Assembly (NCBI GenBank): GCA_030390025.1
Contig: CM059441.1
Coordinates: 46,376,001-46,440,000, forward strand
DNA length: 64,000 nt
Reading direction: 5' to 3'
Source: Squalus acanthias
Taxonomy: Eukaryota
Under the pieces are notes generated by a model, which was not told the origin of the DNA, did no database searches, and worked only from the letters and a program-made list of their open reading frames with translations. Below, piece after piece: positions 62,917 to 64,000 of this stretch. Each line of letters starts with the position of its first letter. The first letter of the stretch is position 1. Both the position numbers and the translations under genes were made by a program.

Positions 62917-62928
62917 ATGCATGCATGC
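62917..62928 (-). promoter_or_regulatory. Overlapping RBFOX motifs (GCAUGCAUG) ~75 nt downstream of the cassette exon
   Basis: Minus strand reads GCATGCATGCAT. Confidence 0.6.
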
Positions 62929-63002
62929 CTAAACTCAAGTGCCTGTATGGGCGACCTACCTGAAGATCATTTATTACCTGGAAAGACAAAATCCAATCTT
63001 AC

Positions 63003-63101
63003 CCCATTGCGTTCATAGCACACACTGCCTGAAGTCTGACCAGGAGATGAAGGTTTCAGCCCAGATTTGTTCTCAAGGTTAAGGGGAGCAGCACAGACAA
63101 C
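63003..63101 (-). CDS. CSDE1: CSDE1 coding exon, 99 nt, VVCAAPLNLENKSGLKPSSPGQTSGSVCYERNG (orthologue of the alternatively spliced mammalian exon)
   Basis: Acceptor atgtccag|GTT, donor GGG|gtaaga; phase 0/0; matches human VVCAVPHNLESKSPAAPGQSPTGSVCYERNG. Confidence 0.95.
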
Positions 63102-64000
63102 CTGGACATACCATGACATAACAAAGAATAATGTCAGGAGGGTACATGAAGGCTTTCCAGGGGTTGAAAATGCCACTGGTCCAAGGCCCCAGGTCTCTCT
63201 ATTTTTGGGTTTAGACCAGCAGAAAATATTCCTCCAATGTCTTATGAATTGGTGGAAAAACTGTGACCTTCTGTTATAGTACCAGATTTCTGCCCCTGGG
63301 TATCCCAGTCATACTACAGCACTTATGGTGTCTAGCAGCAGTAATTCGGTACTGAAACAGTAATATCAGACCTGCAATGGCCCAACAACCTGAATATATT
63401 GGCAGCGTCTGTTTCCAAACCACTACATCCAACTTTTCAACCCCTGATTTCCAGATGATTTGTTGGCAAAAAAGTTCTCTTAAAAGGTCAGTGGTTGCCA
63501 AGAAACTGTTTTAGTTGTTGAAGACACCAACAGTAAGCAATTTGCAGACACTGTTCTATTAAAGAAAGGTAGCTTACTCACCAATAGGTATAGTTTCCTT
63601 CAATCATGAAAATAAGTTATCCTCCACATACCATGGGAAATATCAAGTGATACAATGGGATAATCACTACAGTCATCTGTCCCTTCAAGAGATTTACCCT
63701 GGATTATGCAACTTCCCTTCCACACACCCAGAAAAATGCGGGAAACCTCTTTCCAATCCCCTCCACCAAAAGTCCGCTTTCACTTAATTTCAAGAAAGTT
63801 ATCTACATTCCATGGTGTTAAGATATCCAGAACAGGTCAGACCTTTGAGCTTCTTAAAACCAGGAACATAAAAAGTATCAAAATGGAAAGCTATATACAA
63901 GAACCCCATTATTGAAGCAAGGTCTAGGTTTGGGGGGAGAAGGGTCAGGGAAGAGGAGAGAGACAAGGAACAGTATGTAGAGTACAACTTCAAAATAAAA

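Larger units (their letters stand above)
225..63101 (-). other. CSDE1: CSDE1/UNR gene, internal portion (14 coding exons; both gene ends outside the window)
   Basis: Spliced translation gives repeated cold-shock motifs (FGFI...FFH) colinear with vertebrate CSDE1 from VVCA..CYERNG to KCSACNV; all introns GT-AG and phases chain correctly. Confidence 0.98.

Noticed and set aside
1-64000. Prokaryotic-type systems (CRISPR array, retron, operon) suggested by the RT ORFs
   Set aside because: All RTs are CR1-clade non-LTR elements in introns of a spliced vertebrate gene, and there are no regularly spaced repeat-spacer arrays.

Overview
Eukaryotic genomic DNA from a vertebrate, very probably a cartilaginous fish: it carries shark-type CR1 LINEs, Deu-domain SINEs and Penelope-type repeats. 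The whole window lies inside one minus-strand gene, CSDE1 (UNR, cold shock domain-containing E1). I traced 14 consecutive GT-AG coding exons from 63101 down to 225 (1913 nt, reading phases chain without a break); the start and stop codons lie outside the window. The introns hold many CR1/L2 LINE fragments (two with long open RT frames), SINEs, a PIF/Harbinger remnant and a hAT-like MITE. Most ORF-track entries are LINE RT pieces or spurious. The most notable observations are: (1) four short Penelope-derived inserts with 12-14 bp target-site duplications, three carrying minimal hammerhead ribozyme cores; (2) a TE-poor region around the 99-nt cassette exon containing RBFOX motifs, stacked AG|GT sites, and candidate poison/micro-exons; (3) a four-layer nested transposon stack; (4) a CR1 inserted antisense into its own subfamily; (5) a SINE tail supplying part of a 5' splice site; (6) a His-to-Arg change in the RNP2 motif of the last cold-shock domain. 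None can be established as a new biological system from sequence alone.
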